A stretch of 25,642 bases of DNA from Candidatus Brocadiia bacterium (GTDB lineage: Bacteria > Planctomycetota > Brocadiia > CAIUPP01), in the NCBI GenBank assembly GCA_050015075.1, contig JBEKCB010000044.1, positions 1 to 25,642 of the forward strand. Direction: 5' to 3'. A model generated the notes under the pieces. That model did no database searches. It saw nothing but the letters and a program-made list of their open reading frames with translations, and was not told where the DNA came from. Of this stretch, positions 25,016 through 25,642 are shown one piece after another. Position 1 is the first letter of the stretch, and each line of letters starts with the position of its first letter. The translations under genes and the position numbers were made by a program.

Positions 25016-25642
25016 TTACGCGGAACCTTCGGCGGAAGAAAATCCCAGAATGAACTTCGTGCCCACACCCGCCTCGCTCTCGACTCGAATCTGTATTCCA
25101 TGCGTCTCCGCCACGCGGCGGACGATGGCCAATCCAAGGCCCGTGGATTCCCTGTTGTGCCGCACCGCCTCGGCCGTCCGGTAGTATTCCTCGAAAATCC
25201 GCGGCAGCTTCTCGGGCGGGATGCCGATGCCGTGGTCCTCGATGGTCACGATGGGCCCGTTCCCGGCGCCGGACAGGCAGCGCACGTGCACCCTGCCGCC
25301 GCGGTTCGAGTAAATGACGGCATTGGAGAGCAGGTTCAGGAGGAGCATCTTCACGTGGTCTTCCACGCCGCTGGTCCGCGCCGAACGGAGATCATGCTCC
25401 ACCACGACCTCGCGCTCCTCGGCCAGCGGCTGGACCTCCGCCAGGGACCACCGGACCGCTTCCGTCAGGTCCAGGTCCGCCCAGCGCGAGTTCCTCTCAT
25501 CGGGGGTCTCGATGTTCGCCAGTTGGAGCATCTCCTGGATTTGAGCCGCCAGCCGGCGACAGCGCCCGGCAATGCGGTTGAGCGCGTCGGTCGCGTCCGT
25601 CGGGAGGGTCCCGCAGTGACCGTGGAGCAGCAGGTGCACGTT
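25016..25642 (-). CDS. Sensor histidine kinase, C-terminal part (truncated by window edge)
   Basis: NLLSNAVIYS (N box), IEDHGIGIP (G1), IFEEYYR (F), STGLGLAIV (G2) and GVGTKF. Confidence 0.93.
   Translation of the reverse strand, partial: NVHLLLHGHCGTLPTDATDALNRIAGRCRRLAAQIQEMLQLANIETPDERNSRWADLDLTEAVRWSLAEVQPLAEEREVVVEHDLRSARTSGVEDHVKMLLLNLLSNAVIYSNRGGRVHVRCLSGAGNGPIVTIEDHGIGIPPEKLPRIFEEYYRTAEAVRHNRESTGLGLAIVRRVAETHGIQIRVESEAGVGTKFILGFSSAEGSA

Overview
GC-rich bacterial window, probably from an anaerobe (inferred from gene content; the taxon cannot be fixed). Left (1-7.6 kb): a partial Gfo/Idh/MocA oxidoreductase, a lower-GC islet of three unrelated small genes (one restriction-endonuclease-like), and a minus-strand block of two URO-D-family proteins and two TIM-barrel sugar isomerases. 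Middle (7.6-13.5 kb): an accessory region bracketed by a 54-bp direct repeat that is itself a sigma70-like promoter. It holds a perfect parS palindrome, a gene remnant carrying four palindromic insertions, a membrane protein plus GntR/YtrA pair, and a compact 768-bp HUH/Y1 (RAYT-like) transposase element with 27-bp terminal inverted repeats. That element is surrounded by seven partial copies (8 to 434 bp) that all begin at the same GTATTCCC tip, and a 2-kb foreign-looking gene cassette lies between two facing tips. This is the best candidate for an undescribed system. Right (13.5-25.6 kb): a complete hdrCBA-flxDCBA electron-bifurcation operon, a divergent tetraheme cytochrome / Tat Fe-S / NrfD(DsrP-like) / pentaheme cytochrome operon, a small membrane protein, and a response regulator with a partial histidine kinase. 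No rRNA, tRNA or CRISPR array was seen. All family calls come from motif recognition by eye, without database searches.
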